From the NCBI GenBank assembly GCA_964016885.1, contig OZ024741.1:89776001-89840000 (forward strand): 64,000 nucleotides of DNA, written 5' to 3'. The position numbers and the translations under genes were made by a program. Positions 60,340-64,000 of this stretch are shown one piece after another. How positions within the stretch are numbered: position 1 is the stretch's first letter; each line of letters starts with the position of its first letter. The DNA comes from Eledone cirrhosa (taxonomy: Eukaryota). The notes under the pieces are model-generated. The model saw only the letters and a list, made by a program, of their open reading frames with translations, was not told the DNA's origin and did no database searches.

Positions 60340-60530
60340 CGGTTGGATTGGCAGTATCGGTAGAGGGGCGGACGCCATGCTTTGACGCATAGAGTTACGG
60401 CCCTTGCCATTCTGAGTTCAAATCCCGCCGAGGTTAACTTTGCCTTTCATCCTCACGGGGTCGATAAAATAAAGTACCAGTAATACTCTGGGTAATTGCT
60501 GGCCTTGTGCCAAAAGTATAAACAATTATT
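60340..60530 (+). mobile_element. Nin-like tRNA SINE
   Basis: Same family as 54408. Confidence 0.88.
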
Positions 60531-61907
60531 AGATTTTTCTACTTTGGAAAGTGGTTAACCTGTCACAAATGAAATAGACATAGTTGGGATTTTTAAAGTT
60601 TCTTTTAGTTGCATACAATAACATTTGCCAATATACAAAATTGATGTAAACCTCAATGGTTATTTTAACATGTAGTCAGCCCCTACTTGCATAGTTCTAA
60701 ATCTAATTTTGAGCAGTTCTACATTTAATTTTTCTGCAGTTCTACACATAATTTTATGCTGTTCTATATCTCACTTTGTGCAGTAAGTTTATATTTTGTG
60801 CCAAATACTACATGCACTTACATGGAAAATGATGGTTAAACAACTTCATAAAATGATATAAATATCGCCATTACAAATATTTCTAAAACTCAAAGAATAT
60901 TAAACACTGGGTTTTGGCATCTGCTTCAAAGGTTTGTGCAGTTCTAAAATCTTAAAATAAACCCTGATGAATCTATATAATTTATTCAACTATATTAAAA
61001 TTTATGCTAATCCCTCGTTAAAGGTTATAAGAATCTCTTTCTATCAGGATAGTATTCGTTTCAGTGTAATGTTTCGATACATGCATTAAGCCATTGGATT
61101 TTCATGTTTTCGCGAAATATTTATGAAAATAGAAGGCGCCAGATTGGCTGAATTAATAGGACGTCATATTAAAAATATTTCCGTATTGGTTCTAGCTCTC
61201 TGCATTCTGTGCTCAAATCTCAACGAGGTTGTTGAATAAAGTACTTCCCTTTTCTGAAAGATTGACGCTATATTCCAACCTTGACGGCGTCCCTACGGCA
61301 ACAACACAACTCTTAAGAACTCTTTCGTTTCCTTTTTTCAATAACATAGGCTAAAGATTAAAAGTATAATTCATTGTGTTATTTGTCCTTCGACTACTTC
61401 AACAACTAAAACCATATTTGTGTGGATATATGCATATAAAGATATGTACAATATGTAAATATGTCTGTATATATACACACACACACTGTTTCTCCATTTA
61501 CACACACACACACATGCGCGCGCGCGCAACATATATATATATGTATATGTAAACAGCATATGTACATAGACACTTGTATGTATATATATATATATACATA
61601 TATATATATAATATATATTATATATATATAAATCTATATATGTGTGTGTGTGCGCGCGCGCGCGTGTGGGTGTGTGTAAGTGTGTGTGTGTATGTGTGTG
61701 TGTGTGTGTGTGTTACAAGAGTATACACACTGAGTGTATGCATCCGCAATGTTAGTCTCAATTGCACATATATGTGGCCAGAATATGTTTTCGGATGTCT
61801 ATACTTAAAATAGAGTGACATAAGTCGTTAGTTTGCATCCTGTGTGTATATTCGTGTGTATATTCTCACATACCATGTACAAGCACACACACAAGCACAC
61901 ACACACA

Positions 61908-61961
<54 letters not shown>

Positions 61962-62017
61962 ATAGTGAAAGAGTGAAGAATAACATGGTCGGCTGTACAA
62001 AAAGTGTTTTACTAACA

Positions 62018-62120
62018 GTATTAACAATTGTTTCATTGACCAGGTGAGTCTAATCACTCAAGATTGCGTCACTCGACCTTAAATACAGTGTATGTCCCTG
62101 ATCAAATCATCGGAACCATA
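62018..62120 (-). ncRNA. Variant HHR, CCGATGA core with long stem II, in a PLE-like pLTR fragment (61960-62200)
   Basis: Minus strand gGTT-CCGATGA-t-TTGATCAGG...CCTGGTCAA-t-GAAA-CAATTG-TT-AAT; the 3' end resembles the 44-kb PLE pLTR. Confidence 0.6.
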
Positions 62121-62268
62121 CAGCGCCGTACATTAAAACTATCCATAGTGCAGAGTACTCACAACCTCTAACTGGATTACCTAAAAAGATAACTTGTTAT
62201 TATATATATATTTATATATATTATATATTATATATATATGTTATTATATATATATTTCTATTCTCCAT

Positions 62269-62826
62269 CTACGGCGGGTAAAATTCCCGAGATCCATGGA
62301 CGAGTTCTCTCCAGCGGTCTCTGTCCCTCATTATCGTTGCCATGTCCTGCGTCTCCAACAGACCAGTGTCTGTCCTTAGGGCATCAACATACGTTAACCT
62401 TGGTCTTCCTCTTCCAGTGTGTCCATGTAGGGACTCCCACAGGAGCACTGAGTGCAGTGTCAACTCTGGATGTCGGTGAGCATGTCCAGCTAACCTCAGT
62501 CTCCTCTGTGTCACTTTTGATCTGACTCTTGGGAGGCTCCCATACAGCTTTAAGTTTTCCGTCCTCAGTGTATACTGAATAATGTTCAGAGCCATACTCA
62601 GCATTCTCGTGTAGCACCCATCCATTATCTGAGTGAGTTTCTTGGTCAGTGACCAAGTCTCAGACCCGTACAGCAGCACAGATTCCACTACAGCAATGAA
62701 GAGGCGGACCTTCAGGTCTTCACGAAGGTCCGACTTCCACACTGATCTCAAGCTGTGGCACGCCGCCCAGGCTTTGCTCTTCCTCTCAACCATGTCATCT
62801 TCCGTATTCCCAATCTTTGCTCCCAA
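62269..62826 (-). mobile_element. RTE-clade LINE 3' fragment
   Basis: KVRLFIAVVESVLLYGSETW..DGCYTRML..RRLRLAGH..GRPRLTYVD..DRDRWR. Confidence 0.88.
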
Positions 62827-62868
62827 ATATATATATATATATGATGTGTATGATTGTGTAAAAAAGAT

Positions 62869-63334
<466 letters not shown>

Positions 63335-63623
63335 AGGGTGTGGTAAGATACCAGGTGGACCATAACCCACCAGAGTACTCGATACTAGTGTACTCGGTAG
63401 TAGAGTGGGTAACATGTTCGGATCTAGCTGTCGAAATGGCTGGAGCTCAGCCGTCGGAGTCCTGAATCTTTTCATATATACATATGTATATATATGATTG
63501 GAGTTGAATAATAAATAATGTACGAAATCTTCATGTAAATAAACATCTTTATAGCTTTGCTATGAAATGTTAGGAGCAGTAATTAATAACCACGAGTATT
63601 TAGCAACCAAGCAAGGGACAACA

Positions 63624-63757
63624 TTCTAATGGTGCCTTTCCTAATTTCTTAACCGGCGTCAGAGAAGCTTATTCCCTCGTGGATGGTAAGACGAAAATAA
63701 GCTAAAAGTTTATAGGTTTTATGCTTATGAACAGCGGCTGACGAAGCTAATTTGCAT
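63624..63757 (-). promoter_or_regulatory. Octamer/TCAGCCG/TATA module plus degenerate HHR
   Basis: Minus strand ATGCAAAT-tagcttcg-TCAGCCG-ctgtTCATAAG..TATAAA, then TTCT-CTGACGc..GAAA..TT-AGAA about 52 nt downstream. Confidence 0.5.
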
Positions 63758-63904
63758 ACAGAGCAAAAGCTCGCGAACTCTAATCAATGAGAGGAAGTGA
63801 TACTCTGACATAGCGTGATTGATAATTAACTGAGGTTGTATATTAAACTATATATATATATGTGTGTATATATGTGTGTGTGTGTAAGTATGCACACGTA
63901 CGCG

Positions 63905-64000
<96 letters not shown>

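Noticed and set aside
60960-60975. CTGATGA motif as a hammerhead
   Set aside because: No stem II or GAAA follows. It is the end of a dispersed MITE-like repeat also seen at ~22795-23012.

Overview
This is AT-rich, repeat-saturated eukaryotic DNA with no recognisable host gene. The tRNA-derived SINEs with a Nin-like central domain and the microsatellite load suggest a cephalopod (Octopus-like) genome, which is an inference. Almost all listed ORFs are microsatellite artefacts. The real coding remnants come from Penelope-like retroelements (PLEs; RT and GIY-YIG), Tx1/L1, CR1 and RTE LINEs, and mariner. The striking signal is a dense population of more than 25 type I hammerhead ribozyme (HHR) motifs. 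They occur in PLE pseudo-LTRs and in small non-coding retrozyme-like elements inserted into (TA)n as inverted (tail-to-tail) structures. One of these is a near-perfect 468-bp array of about 9.4 units that flips orientation internally. Several of the small elements share a fixed-spacing upstream module (octamer ATGCAAAT, 8 nt, TCAGCCG-like box, TATA) about 46-58 nt before the ribozyme core. This suggests an snRNA/U6-type promoter driving self-cleaving, PLE-mobilised RNAs. All ribozyme and promoter calls come from manual reading and need computational and experimental confirmation. Coordinates of degraded elements are approximate.
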